Assembly: GCA_049366815.1 (NCBI GenBank)
Contig: JBMNCO010000087.1
Coordinates: 10,317-74,316, forward strand
Source of the DNA: Desulfatiglandales bacterium
Lineage (GTDB): Bacteria > Desulfobacterota > DSM-4660 > Desulfatiglandales > HGW-15
DNA: 64,000 nucleotides
Reading direction: 5' to 3'
In this document: piece after piece, positions 1 through 9,564 of the stretch
Numbering within the stretch: position 1 is the stretch's first letter
How the letters are laid out: each line of letters opens with the position of its first letter
Notes under the pieces: model-generated
Database searches by the model: none
What the model was told of the DNA's origin: nothing
Seen by the model: the letters and a program-made list of their open reading frames with translations, nothing else
Program-made: the position numbers and the translations under genes

Positions 1-1
1 A

Positions 2-1276
2 AACTTTGGAATCGCCGTTGATGTAGGGACCACGACAGTCGTCGCCCAGTTGATTGATCTGCGCACCGGGAAGATCCGGGGCGTGGACGGCACCCATAAC
101 ATGCAGTCCCAATATGGAGAGGACGTCATATCCAGGATGATCGTCGCCTGCAAGAGGGACGGACTTCCCCCTCTGCAGGAGGCCATTGTCAGGAACATCA
201 ACCAGTTGATAGAGAATCTCACCCGCAGAAACGGCCTTTTGCCGGAGGATATCGACGCCGTGGTGGCTGCGGGCAACACCACCATGAGCCACTTCCTGCT
301 GGGCCTGACGCCCTGCTCCATCAGGCTGGAACCCTATGTTCCCACAGCCGACATCTACCCGCAGATCCCGGCCGGTGATATAGGTATCCGCATCCATCCA
401 ATGGGCATCCTGGAGACCCTGCCGAGCGTCGCGTCTTATGTGGGTGGGGACATCGTGGCCGGCGTGATGTCCTGCGGGATTGCGGAACAATCCGGCGTGC
501 AGGGGTTGATCGATATCGGAACCAATGGAGAAATCGCCATAGGAAACAACGAATGGCTTGTCTGCTGTTCCGCCTCGGCCGGACCCTCTTTCGAGGGGGG
601 CGGAACCCGCTGCGGGATGCGTGCCACCCGGGGTGCCATCGAAAGGGTGGAGATAAGAAATGGAAAAGTGCATTATCAGACCATTGGAGGGGCCAGGCCC
701 AGGGGAATCTGCGGGTCCGGCCTGATCGACTGTATCTACGAACTGGTCAAGGGCGGCCTGATCGGGGCTATGGGAAAATTCAATCGGGACCTGAAGGACC
801 CCCGCTTGACCTTTGACGGGGATGTGCCCCAGTACGTCATTGCCTGGCCGGAGGAGAGCGAGACAGGCAGGCCCATCGTGTTCACCGAATCGGATATCGA
901 CAACCTGATAAAGTCCAAGGGGTCTGTGTTTGCAGCCATCAAATCCCTGGTGGATTATATCGGCCTTACGCTTGACCAACTGGAGACTTTCTATGTGGCG
1001 GGGGGCTTCGGCAATTATCTGAATATTGCCAAGGCGATCGCCATCGGACTTCTGCCGGATATACCACAGGAAAAGATCCGCTTCATCGGAAACAGTTCCC
1101 TCGCGGGGGCTCGGTGGGCCCTGGTCTCAGAGGCGGCCTTTGAGAAATGCCTCAGTATATCGCGGTCTATGACCAACGTGGAACTCTCCAATTATCAGCC
1201 TTATATGGATGAGTACATTGCCGCCCTGTTCCTTCCCCATACGGATCGGAGGCTTTTCCCTTCCGTGGACTATTGA
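2..1276 (+). CDS. ASKHA-fold (DUF4445-type) protein, C-terminal part of a RACo-like corrinoid reductive-activase family protein; 5' end lies outside the window
   Basis: Frame is open from the window edge (NFGIAVDVGTTTVVAQL, an actin/Hsp70-like phosphate-1 motif). Second nucleotide-binding motif IDIGTNGE and GGFGNYL follow. Same frame as track ORF 50..1276. Confidence 0.75.
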   Translation, partial: NFGIAVDVGTTTVVAQLIDLRTGKIRGVDGTHNMQSQYGEDVISRMIVACKRDGLPPLQEAIVRNINQLIENLTRRNGLLPEDIDAVVAAGNTTMSHFLLGLTPCSIRLEPYVPTADIYPQIPAGDIGIRIHPMGILETLPSVASYVGGDIVAGVMSCGIAEQSGVQGLIDIGTNGEIAIGNNEWLVCCSASAGPSFEGGGTRCGMRATRGAIERVEIRNGKVHYQTIGGARPRGICGSGLIDCIYELVKGGLIGAMGKFNRDLKDPRLTFDGDVPQYVIAWPEESETGRPIVFTESDIDNLIKSKGSVFAAIKSLVDYIGLTLDQLETFYVAGGFGNYLNIAKAIAIGLLPDIPQEKIRFIGNSSLAGARWALVSEAAFEKCLSISRSMTNVELSNYQPYMDEYIAALFLPHTDRRLFPSVDY

Positions 1277-1312
1277 TCGGCAAGAGGCCGACCTCCCGGC
1301 GTGTGTGTCAAC

Positions 1313-1352
1313 CCGGCTCAGGCATGTCCGGTCAGGATGATGCCGGTTTTTT
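1313..1352 (+). terminator. Possible rho-independent terminator after the ASKHA gene
   Basis: CCGGC (1313-1317) can pair with GCCGG (1342-1346), or GGCAT with ATGCC, followed by TTTTTT (1347-1352). The stem is weak. Confidence 0.35.
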
Positions 1353-1354
1353 CG

Positions 1355-1384
1355 TTGACAAATCAGCGGGTAATGGATTATTAA
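1355..1384 (+). promoter_or_regulatory. Sigma70-like promoter candidate for the rhodanese gene
   Basis: TTGACA (1355-1360), 18-nt spacer, TATTAA (1379-1384), about 100 nt upstream of ATG 1483. Confidence 0.3.
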
Positions 1385-1482
1385 CTTTTTGAAATATCAA
1401 GTTATAATAACCTTCAGCCATAAATGTCCGCCATGTCAGTGCGCTTTGCCTCCCGGCCAATTCTCTGATTGGAAACGTTAGG

Positions 1483-2109
1483 ATGACGAACACAAAGACT
1501 TTGTACCTGTACATTTTTATGCTCTTTTTTATCGGGATGTGTCTCGGTCAGAACAGGGCCGCCGAGGCCCAGGAACCCAAGAAAATCCTGAGTATTGAGG
1601 CCTATGACATGCTCAATACCGTCCCGGATACCTATCTCATAGATGTCAGAACACGCGCCGAATATCAGTTTGTCGGGCATCCTGTCCGGGCCTATCTCTT
1701 TCCCTATATGTTTTTGACCAACCAATTTGTAAAGGAAAACGGCAAATCCGGGTATCAGGTCGGGCAGAAGAACAAGGAATTCATCGCCGAGGTCAGCAAG
1801 GCATTCAAGAAGACGGACAACCTGTTGGTCATATGCCGGGACGGAGCGAGAAGCGCCCTGGCCGCCAAGGATCTCCTCCAAGCCGGGTTCAAAAAGGTCT
1901 TTGACGTGGAGGACGGTTTTGAAGGTGCGGAATTCCCCACATTTCAAGACGCGAATCAACACAAATTTTATCGGCAGCTTGCCAAAAGCAACAACATTTA
2001 CGGATTCGGCCACAGACGTTACTATGGCTGGCAGTGGTGGGGTATTGCGTGGACCTACGAGATGGACTCCAAGTACATCTATCCGCCGGATCTGAGTGAG
2101 TCCAAGTAA
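1483..2109 (+). CDS. Secreted rhodanese-domain sulfurtransferase-like protein with a Trp/Tyr-rich C-terminal extension
   Basis: N-terminal signal-like segment LYLYIFMLFFIGMCLG. Rhodanese fold (YLIDVRTRAEYQFVGH) with active-site loop CRDGARS. Confidence 0.8.
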   Translation: MTNTKTLYLYIFMLFFIGMCLGQNRAAEAQEPKKILSIEAYDMLNTVPDTYLIDVRTRAEYQFVGHPVRAYLFPYMFLTNQFVKENGKSGYQVGQKNKEFIAEVSKAFKKTDNLLVICRDGARSALAAKDLLQAGFKKVFDVEDGFEGAEFPTFQDANQHKFYRQLAKSNNIYGFGHRRYYGWQWWGIAWTYEMDSKYIYPPDLSESK

Positions 2110-2129
2110 CATTTGAAGGGAAAAATGCC

Positions 2130-2315
2130 ATGGAATCCGAAGAGCTTGTTCGACTCATGGAACTGGTGGAGGCAAAGGGCATCGGGTGGGATAAGGTGGA
2201 GGAAAAAACAAAGGTCTCCCATGACCTCTTGAACCTCTATGCGCGATCGGGCCCGGTTCCGGTTACGATCATCAATTCTCTCAAAAAACTGCTGGAAGAG
2301 AATCCGATGCAGTAA
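2130..2315 (+). CDS. Small hypothetical protein (61 aa)
   Basis: ORF starts 20 nt after the rhodanese stop and has a helical, acidic composition. No family recognised. Confidence 0.4.
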   Translation: MESEELVRLMELVEAKGIGWDKVEEKTKVSHDLLNLYARSGPVPVTIINSLKKLLEENPMQ

Positions 2316-2334
2316 GCGGGATTCCGGGCACGCG

Positions 2335-2880
2335 TCATGGGGTCGGTGTCCTGAGGGGCCGGTCGAAAAAGCCCATTATGGAGAGACCGATCAAAGTTTT
2401 TCCGTCCAGTATGGCGCCTTCCCTGATCAGGGCCTTTGCCCGTTCCATACTCACCCTCTCGACGGTGGCAATCTCCCTTTCGTCGATTTGATCCCGGACC
2501 CTCTTCAGGTTGTGACCCGCATAGATGTGAATCAATTCGTTGGAGTACCCGATGGCCGGGGCGTAGGTGTAAATCCAGTTGATCCTTTCGGCCGCATACC
2601 CTGTCTCTTCAAGCAATTCCCTTTTTATACACGCCTCCGGTCCTTCGCCCGGATCGACTTTCCCGGCCGGTATTTCCAGGGTTTCCCTGCCGAGTGCATA
2701 CCTGTACTGCCGAACCATAAGGATTTCCCGCTCTGAGACAAAGGGCAGAACGGCACAGGCCTCAGGATGATCGATCTTAATCCTTTTGCTGACGCTTCCG
2801 TCTCTCAGCCGGACCTCGTCAAGGGCGGCGGAAAAACTACGGGTGTTGATTGTCGCGAGCGTTTGTATTTTTTTCTCCAT
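2335..2880 (-). CDS. NUDIX hydrolase (ADP-ribose pyrophosphatase-like)
   Basis: Nudix box GKVDPGEGPEACIKRELLEETGY. Confidence 0.85.
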   Translation of the reverse strand: MEKKIQTLATINTRSFSAALDEVRLRDGSVSKRIKIDHPEACAVLPFVSEREILMVRQYRYALGRETLEIPAGKVDPGEGPEACIKRELLEETGYAAERINWIYTYAPAIGYSNELIHIYAGHNLKRVRDQIDEREIATVERVSMERAKALIREGAILDGKTLIGLSIMGFFDRPLRTPTP

Positions 2881-5800
2881 ACCTGCATATCACCTTTTGA
2901 CCGATTACGGCCTCCATTTCGCTGATCATTTCATGACAGGGCGAGACCCGGTAGTTGGCATGGGCCGATATAACGACCGCCTTTCCCTGACCGGAATCCA
3001 CCCTGAAAAAAACCGACGATTCACCGGGATACCGGAAGAGGATCTCCTTGATTTCTTCGAGCCGCTCTCTGTCGAGAACCTCCTGTTGGAGAGGGAGCTC
3101 GACGACCCTGATCAAACCCTGCCGCGCCTTTTCCAGGGAAAGGATCTGCTGGGCAATGACCTTTACCGCGCTTTCTTCAACTTCGGCCGTGCCGCGGATG
3201 AGGAGTGGCTCCTCACTCTTCAGGAGGGGAGAGTACTGGTTGAAGGCCTCAGGGAAAACGACCACTTCGATGGACCCGGTGGAATCCTCAAGGTTGAGAA
3301 TGGCCATCTTGTCTCCCTTCTTTGTCCTCTTGATCTTGATGGCCTCTATCAGTCCCGCCACATCCACTGTGGTCTTGTCCTTCAGATTAGACAGATCCTG
3401 TATGGAACCGGTGGTCAGTCGCTCAATCTCCCCGGAGAATCTTTCAAGGGGGTGGCCGGTGATATAGAAGCCCAACGCCTCCTTTTCTCTCCGGAGCCGT
3501 TCCTTTTCATCCCAGGGGTCCACCTCCGGCAGGTCCAATGTGCCGAAGGCCGCCAGACTGTCTCCGCCCAGCGACGCGAATATGTTGAGTTGATTAGTGT
3601 CGTGATTTGCGCCACAGACCTTGATCACATCATCCAGGGAGGCGAAAAGCCTGGCCCGCTCAACTGCGGTGAAATCAAAGGCTCCGCACTGGATCAGACC
3701 CTCCAGGACGCGGCGATTGACCTTGGATCCGTCGATACGTCGGCAGAAATCCATCAGATCCCTGTAGGGGCCGCCCTGGTCCCGTTCCTGGATCAGGAAC
3801 TCCACGGCCTTATGCCCGACGTTCTTGACCGCCGCCAGGCCGAAACGAATGCGATCGCCTACCACCGCGAAATCCGCCTGGCTTTCGTTCAGGTCCGGCT
3901 GGAGGATCTGAATTCCCATCTCTCTGCACTCTGCAATGTTCTTGATCGTCTTGTCCGGGTTACCCATATCCTGGGTGAGGAGCGCGGCCATGAATTCTAC
4001 GGGGTAGTGGGCCTTCAGATAGGCTGTTTGATAGGCGATAAGGGCGTAGGCCGCGGAGTGGGATTTGTTGAATCCGTATCCTCCAAACTTGTCGATCAAG
4101 TCAAAGAGGGTCTCAGACGCTTTTGTATCCACCCCATTCGCACCAGCCCCTTCGATAAAGCGGGCCCGGTGTTTCGCCATGACCTCGGGTTTCTTTTTCC
4201 CGATGGCCTTCCGGAGTTCGTCGGCCTCGGCCAGGGAATAATTGGCCAGGAGTTGCCCGATTTTCATGACCTGTTCCTGGTAGAGGATGACGCCGTAGGT
4301 CTCCTTCAGGATGGGTTCGAGCTGTGGGAGCGTGTATTTGATCTTTGTCTTGCCGTGTTTTCCGGCGATGAAATCCTCAACCATGTTACTCCCGAGGGGG
4401 CCGGGCCGGTAAAGGGCCACCAACGCCACCATGTCCTCGAAGACCTCGGGTTTGAGCCTCCGGAGGAGTTCTTTCATGCCGGAGCTTTCCAATTGGAAGA
4501 CCCCGGTTGTCCTTCCCTCGCTGCAGAGTCTGTAGGTCTCTGCGTCGTCAAGGGGGAGTTTGTCGACATCGATACGGACCTTTTGATTCTTTTCAATGAG
4601 CTGAAGGGCCTGTCTGATGACCGTGAGGGTCTTGAGCCCGAGAAAGTCGAACTTGATCAGTCCCAGCTTTTCAATCTGGTCCATGGTGAACTGGGTCATG
4701 ATTTCGTTGTTTGAACCCTTGTACAGGGGGAGATACTCCACGAGGGGCCGATCGGAAATAACGACCCCTGAGGCATGGGTCGAGGCGTGCCTGGAAAGCC
4801 CCTCCAGGGAACGGGCGATCTTGAGGAGTTTTTGCTGGTGGGCCTCGCCCTGCTCCAGTTTTTTGAGTTCCGGCTCTTCCAGCATGGCCTTTTCAAGGCT
4901 CACCCCGGGGCCGGCGGGGACCAGCTTGGCGATCTTGTCCACTTCGCCATAGGGAATGTTCAGGGTTCGCCCCACGTCCCGGATGACGCCCCGGGCCTTC
5001 ATGGTTCCGAAGGTGATGATTTGGCCCACACTGTCGCGGCCATACTTGTCCGCCACATAACGGATGACCTCGTCTCTGCCGTTGATGCAGAAGTCGATAT
5101 CAATATCAGGCATGCTGATGCGTTGTGGATTCAGAAATCGCTCAAAGATGAGCCCGTATTTGAGCGGATCAATATTGGTGATGGTCAGACAGTAGGCCAC
5201 AAGGGATCCGGCGGCGGAACCTCGCCCGGGCCCGACCGGGATGTCGGAGCGGCGTGCATAATCGATGAAGTCGGCCACGATCAGAAAGTAGCCGGCAAAT
5301 CCGATGTTGATGATGACATCCAGTTCATAGGCCAGCCGCTCCCTGTATTCCTTTCTCAATTCAGGGGGCAGGTCTCCTTCTTCCGATTCCTTTTGGGCCA
5401 GTCTTTTTTCAAGCCCCCTCTGGGCCTCCTGTGTGAGCATCTCATTAAGGCTGACACCTCCGGGAACCTGAAAAACGGGGTACTTGTAGTTCCCGAATTC
5501 CATCTCGTAGTGACAACGACGGGCGGCATCCCTTGTGTTGTCGAGGGCCTCCGAGAAATCTTCATCCCCGAGGGATGCCGTCATCTCGTCCCTTGACTTG
5601 AAATAGAATTCATCCATGGAGAACTTGAGGCGGTTTGGGTCATCGATCGTCTTGCCCGTCTGAATGCACAGGAGGGCGTCGTGCGCCTCTGCATCGTCCC
5701 TGTTGAGATAATGGCAGTCGTTCGTGGCGACCAGGGGGATCGAAAGTTCCCTGGAGAATTCCTTGAGTGTACGGTTGACGGCGTGTTGCTCCGGCAGCTT

Positions 5801-6349
5801 GTTTGCCTGTACTTCAAGGTAGAAGCGGTCCTTATCGAAAATGGAGGCCAGTTCGCTGGCCTTTTCCCTGGCCTCATCGATCCGGCCGGTGTTGATGAGA
5901 TAGGGCACATGCCCCTTGAGGCAGGCCGACAGGGCCATGAGACCTCTATTGTATTTTCTGAGCGATTCCATATCCACCCGGGGGTGGTAATAAAAACCCT
6001 CCAGGTGGCCCAGGGTGACCAGATAGCTGAGGTTTTTATACCCTTCGGCGTCCATCACGAGCAGGACCAGATGATAGGCGTTAGGCCCCCCGCCCGGCGG
6101 ATTTCCCCGATCACGTCGGTTTCCCGGGGCCACATAGACTTCGCACCCAAGGACCGGTTTGATGCCTGTTTTGGCGGCCTCCGTAAAGAGCTGAACGGCA
6201 CCGAAAATATTGCCATGGTCCGTTATGGTTACCGCCTCCATACCCAACTGAGCGGATTTCTTGAGCAACTGCTTGATTGTGATGGCGCCGTCAAGAAGGC
6301 TGTATTCGGTATGTACATGAAGGTGGACAAAGGATGAATGGGATGTCAC
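2837..6349 (-). CDS. dnaE: DNA polymerase III alpha subunit
   Basis: 1170-aa ORF with an N-terminal PHP domain (FVHLHVHTEYSLLDGA), polymerase core and C-terminal OB region. Typical DnaE length. Confidence 0.97.
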   Translation of the reverse strand: MTSHSSFVHLHVHTEYSLLDGAITIKQLLKKSAQLGMEAVTITDHGNIFGAVQLFTEAAKTGIKPVLGCEVYVAPGNRRDRGNPPGGGPNAYHLVLLVMDAEGYKNLSYLVTLGHLEGFYYHPRVDMESLRKYNRGLMALSACLKGHVPYLINTGRIDEAREKASELASIFDKDRFYLEVQANKLPEQHAVNRTLKEFSRELSIPLVATNDCHYLNRDDAEAHDALLCIQTGKTIDDPNRLKFSMDEFYFKSRDEMTASLGDEDFSEALDNTRDAARRCHYEMEFGNYKYPVFQVPGGVSLNEMLTQEAQRGLEKRLAQKESEEGDLPPELRKEYRERLAYELDVIINIGFAGYFLIVADFIDYARRSDIPVGPGRGSAAGSLVAYCLTITNIDPLKYGLIFERFLNPQRISMPDIDIDFCINGRDEVIRYVADKYGRDSVGQIITFGTMKARGVIRDVGRTLNIPYGEVDKIAKLVPAGPGVSLEKAMLEEPELKKLEQGEAHQQKLLKIARSLEGLSRHASTHASGVVISDRPLVEYLPLYKGSNNEIMTQFTMDQIEKLGLIKFDFLGLKTLTVIRQALQLIEKNQKVRIDVDKLPLDDAETYRLCSEGRTTGVFQLESSGMKELLRRLKPEVFEDMVALVALYRPGPLGSNMVEDFIAGKHGKTKIKYTLPQLEPILKETYGVILYQEQVMKIGQLLANYSLAEADELRKAIGKKKPEVMAKHRARFIEGAGANGVDTKASETLFDLIDKFGGYGFNKSHSAAYALIAYQTAYLKAHYPVEFMAALLTQDMGNPDKTIKNIAECREMGIQILQPDLNESQADFAVVGDRIRFGLAAVKNVGHKAVEFLIQERDQGGPYRDLMDFCRRIDGSKVNRRVLEGLIQCGAFDFTAVERARLFASLDDVIKVCGANHDTNQLNIFASLGGDSLAAFGTLDLPEVDPWDEKERLRREKEALGFYITGHPLERFSGEIERLTTGSIQDLSNLKDKTTVDVAGLIEAIKIKRTKKGDKMAILNLEDSTGSIEVVVFPEAFNQYSPLLKSEEPLLIRGTAEVEESAVKVIAQQILSLEKARQGLIRVVELPLQQEVLDRERLEEIKEILFRYPGESSVFFRVDSGQGKAVVISAHANYRVSPCHEMISEMEAVIGQKVICRYGEKNTNARDNQHP

Positions 6350-6577
6350 GATTTTACCTGAAAAATATGGCCTCCTGGGACTGTCTCAAGAGGTGGATTT
6401 TGATTTCTGTGTTGTCCGGCAAGGAGAAATTATGATACGTTATAAACCAATCATCAATCAAGTCCATTTTAGTGGAGCCAAAAAGGAAGGACGCCCTCTC
6501 CCCTTCCTCACCGACTTTCGAGCATTCGCCGTCGATCTCTTATCTCTCTAAGACACCATCACAACCGTAAGGACGCA

Positions 6578-7597
6578 ATGATCATCAAAGACAAGGAATA
6601 TCGGGATAAAGAACAGAAAAGACCGAGGAGTATAAATGTCCTGCACAGGAACGAACAGGATTGTCCGGAGGCAAAGGATAAGGACGGGCCTTCGGGGCAT
6701 GAGGGTGATCGATCCCATGTCACTCTATTTGATTTGAACGACGTGGTGCGGGATCTCGTCGCGCTGATCGGCCCGAAACTGGAGGACAGGGGCAGACTGC
6801 TGGGGGTGAACTACAATCTAAAGACCTTTTTGAGGTCTGGATCCCCGGTCAGGGGGAACCCGGAGGAGATAAGGGCTGTCATCACCGACATGATTGTGGA
6901 GGCCGTTGGGGCCATGCCCGAAGGGGGACACGTCTACCTGACCACGGAAGAAAACGAGGATCATGCCTTTATTTACATGCAGGACAGCGGTGAGGGCATC
7001 GCAGAACAGATCAACGGTCCGATTCTTGACACTTCTCTCTCCCCCGATGGTGAGGGAGGAAGCGGGCTCGGCCGGAGTCGTGCCCATGGGATTGTTCAGA
7101 GGCATCGCGGTGGCATGGAGGTCAAGCGCGGAAAAGGCAAGGGGGCTATCGTCACCATACGACTGCCCGTCGAAAGACAAAAACCGGAGGCGCGGGGCGG
7201 CACGCGAAGAGTAAGAATGAGAAACGCCAGGATCCTGATCATTGAAGCGCATCATATTTTGGGGGAACTTCTCCGCCAGGTTCTTCGGAGTAAGGGATGT
7301 AGGGCGGAAACGGCGGTGAGCCCTCTGGAAGGCCTGAATCGACTCAAGAGGAGGCGTTTCGATCTGTTGATCGCAGGGACGGCGGTGGCGGAAGCGAAGA
7401 TGAAATCCTTTGTCAAAAGGGCCAAGAAGATGGACGGCTCTCTGCCTGTAGTCCTCATTGTATCAGGGGATGGGAGCGAAAAGGCGGTGGAGATCAGAGG
7501 GACGGATGCCGATCTGGTGATCAAAAGGCCTTTGGAGATGGAGCATTTCGCCGGCCGGATATCCGATATCTTGAACAGAAATCAAAGACATCCATGA
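6578..7597 (+). CDS. Histidine-kinase-type ATPase (HATPase_c) fused to a degenerate receiver-like domain; no DHp/His-box
   Basis: G1 box DSGEGI and G2 box GGSGLGRS, then a CheY-like pattern RILIIEAHH / FDLLIAGT / VVLIVSG / IKRP. The acidic pocket and phospho-acceptor Asp are replaced. Confidence 0.7.
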   Translation: MIIKDKEYRDKEQKRPRSINVLHRNEQDCPEAKDKDGPSGHEGDRSHVTLFDLNDVVRDLVALIGPKLEDRGRLLGVNYNLKTFLRSGSPVRGNPEEIRAVITDMIVEAVGAMPEGGHVYLTTEENEDHAFIYMQDSGEGIAEQINGPILDTSLSPDGEGGSGLGRSRAHGIVQRHRGGMEVKRGKGKGAIVTIRLPVERQKPEARGGTRRVRMRNARILIIEAHHILGELLRQVLRSKGCRAETAVSPLEGLNRLKRRRFDLLIAGTAVAEAKMKSFVKRAKKMDGSLPVVLIVSGDGSEKAVEIRGTDADLVIKRPLEMEHFAGRISDILNRNQRHP

Positions 7598-8898
7598 ACC
7601 TGGTCACGGATCAATCCAAAAGGCCGCTTGCCGAGAGGATGAGGCCGCAACGGCTTGAAGACTTCGTAGGGCAAGAACACCTTGTCGGCGAAGGGACACC
7701 CCTTCGAAACGCATTGGAATCAGGGCGTCTTTTCCCCGTCATTTTCTGGGGGCCGCCCGGTTCCGGCAAGACCACCCTCGCCAGACTCATGTCGGGATAC
7801 GCCCGGAACCCCTTTCGTGCCTTTTCCGCCGTTACATCGGGAATAAAGGACCTTCGTCAGGTCATCGCCGAGGCCCGGGATGCGCTCAGGGTCTCAGGCA
7901 ATCCCACCGTCCTCTTTGTGGACGAAATCCACCGGTTCAACAAGGCCCAGCAGGATGCCTTTTTGCCCTATGTTGAACAAGGCCTGATCATCCTTGTCGG
8001 GGCCACGACTCAAAACCCCTCCTTCGAAGTCATTCCGCCCCTGCTTTCCAGGGCACGGGTCATGACCCTTCGTCCCCTGGAGAGGGAGGCCGTCAAGACT
8101 CTCCTGGACCGTGCCCTCAGGGATCGTGGGCGGGGCTTGGGGGACACCGGCATCAGGGTCCTGCCCGCCGCCCTTGACCATTTGATTGACCTGTCCTGCG
8201 GCGATGCCCGGGTCGCCCTAAACAATCTGGAAACAGCGGTATCCTATGTCCTCCAAGGACAAAAGGGAGAGGCCGTCCTGGACCTGGAGGGCGTGGAAAG
8301 GGTGCTTGACCGGAAGGCCCTTCCCTATGACAAGGACGGTGAAGAACACTATAATCTGATCTCAGCCTTCCACAAGAGCCTGCGAGGCGGGGATCCCGAT
8401 GCCTCCCTTTACTGGCTCTACAGGATGCTTGAGGCCGGGGAAGACCCCCTTTTTATCGGTAGAAGGATGATCCGCATGGCCTCCGAAGATATCGGACTGG
8501 CGGATCCCCAGGCCCTTCCGGTCGCCCTGGCCGCTTTTGATGCCTGGCAGAAGGTGGGCCCTCCCGAGGCGGAACTGGCCCTTGCTGAAGCGGCGGTCTA
8601 TCTGGCCTCGGCCCCCAAAAGCAATGCCCTCTATGTGGCTGAAAGGGAGGTCAAAGCGGAAATCCGCAAGTCCGGCCCGCAGCCCGTTCCCCTCCATATC
8701 CGGAATGCCCCGACCCGTTTGATGAAAAAACTGGGTTACGCCCGGGGATACCGCTACCCCCACAACTATCCGGGTGCATGGGTCCAACAGGCATACCTCC
8801 CTAAGGAACTGGAGGCCCGCATCTTTTACCGTCCTACGGGCAGGGGGTTTGAAAAGGAGATAAGAAGGCGGCTCTGGGAGCGCAAGCCCAGGCCCTAG
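7594..8898 (+). CDS. rarA: Replication-associated recombination protein A (AAA+ ATPase)
   Basis: Walker [10 protein letters not shown], Walker [10 protein letters not shown] and an MgsA-type C-terminal domain. ATGA start/stop overlap with the upstream gene. Confidence 0.93.
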   Translation: MNLVTDQSKRPLAERMRPQRLEDFVGQEHLVGEGTPLRNALESGRLFPVIFWGPPGSGKTTLARLMSGYARNPFRAFSAVTSGIKDLRQVIAEARDALRVSGNPTVLFVDEIHRFNKAQQDAFLPYVEQGLIILVGATTQNPSFEVIPPLLSRARVMTLRPLEREAVKTLLDRALRDRGRGLGDTGIRVLPAALDHLIDLSCGDARVALNNLETAVSYVLQGQKGEAVLDLEGVERVLDRKALPYDKDGEEHYNLISAFHKSLRGGDPDASLYWLYRMLEAGEDPLFIGRRMIRMASEDIGLADPQALPVALAAFDAWQKVGPPEAELALAEAAVYLASAPKSNALYVAEREVKAEIRKSGPQPVPLHIRNAPTRLMKKLGYARGYRYPHNYPGAWVQQAYLPKELEARIFYRPTGRGFEKEIRRRLWERKPRP

Positions 8899-8979
8899 AG
8901 GGTGGGCTTCCAGCCGTCGATCACGCTCCCGAGAAAATTCGGTTCCTGGTTTCCCGCTGCGTGATAAAACCGTTTCCTC

Positions 8980-9564
8980 CTACCCCCCGTCCAGTTCATC
9001 GAGCAATTTCTGCGAAGTCATGATCCTGAAAAGGGGAAAGAGGGCGTTACGTCGATACATATCCAGGGTGTTTTCATGAATCTCCTGGGTTGCGGCGGTG
9101 GTGCAGTCCTCAAGGATGACCGTCTTGAAGTCGGCGCACAGGGCATCCATGGCCGTAGTGAGGACGCAGAAATTGGTGGTAATCCCGGCCACGGCGCACA
9201 GGGTCACGCCCCTTTCCTTCAGCCACTGCTCAAGATCGGTCCTCCAAAAGGCCGAGAACCTGGGCTTCGGCACCCAGAGATCGGCCTCGGTTCGGATCAG
9301 GTCATCGGAGACCTGGGCACCCACAGTCCCTGTCAGGGAATGGGGCTTCATTTTTCCTTTGAAAATAAAATCATCCCGTTCAAAGGCATCCGTGGGAAAG
9401 ACGACGGGCCAACCCCTTTCCCTGAAGGCCTGCGTCAAGCGGTTGATCGGTGCCAGGAGTCTCTTTGCCAGGGGAGTGATCGGAAAACGATTTGTCTCAT
9501 CCAAATTGTCCTTGACCATATCGATGACCAGGACAGCTGGGATCTCTTTGTTATCATGATCCAT
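8980..9564 (-). CDS. Isochorismatase-family cysteine hydrolase
   Basis: VLVIDMVKD N-terminal strand and nucleophile-Cys motif TTNFCVLTTA. Confidence 0.85.
   Translation of the reverse strand: MDHDNKEIPAVLVIDMVKDNLDETNRFPITPLAKRLLAPINRLTQAFRERGWPVVFPTDAFERDDFIFKGKMKPHSLTGTVGAQVSDDLIRTEADLWVPKPRFSAFWRTDLEQWLKERGVTLCAVAGITTNFCVLTTAMDALCADFKTVILEDCTTAATQEIHENTLDMYRRNALFPLFRIMTSQKLLDELDGG

Noticed and set aside
2786-4714. 642-aa ORF on the plus strand, opposite dnaE
   Set aside because: It lies entirely antisense to a confidently identified dnaE. Its low-complexity, Leu/Gly/Arg/Asp-rich translation is typical of shadow ORFs in GC-rich coding sequence.
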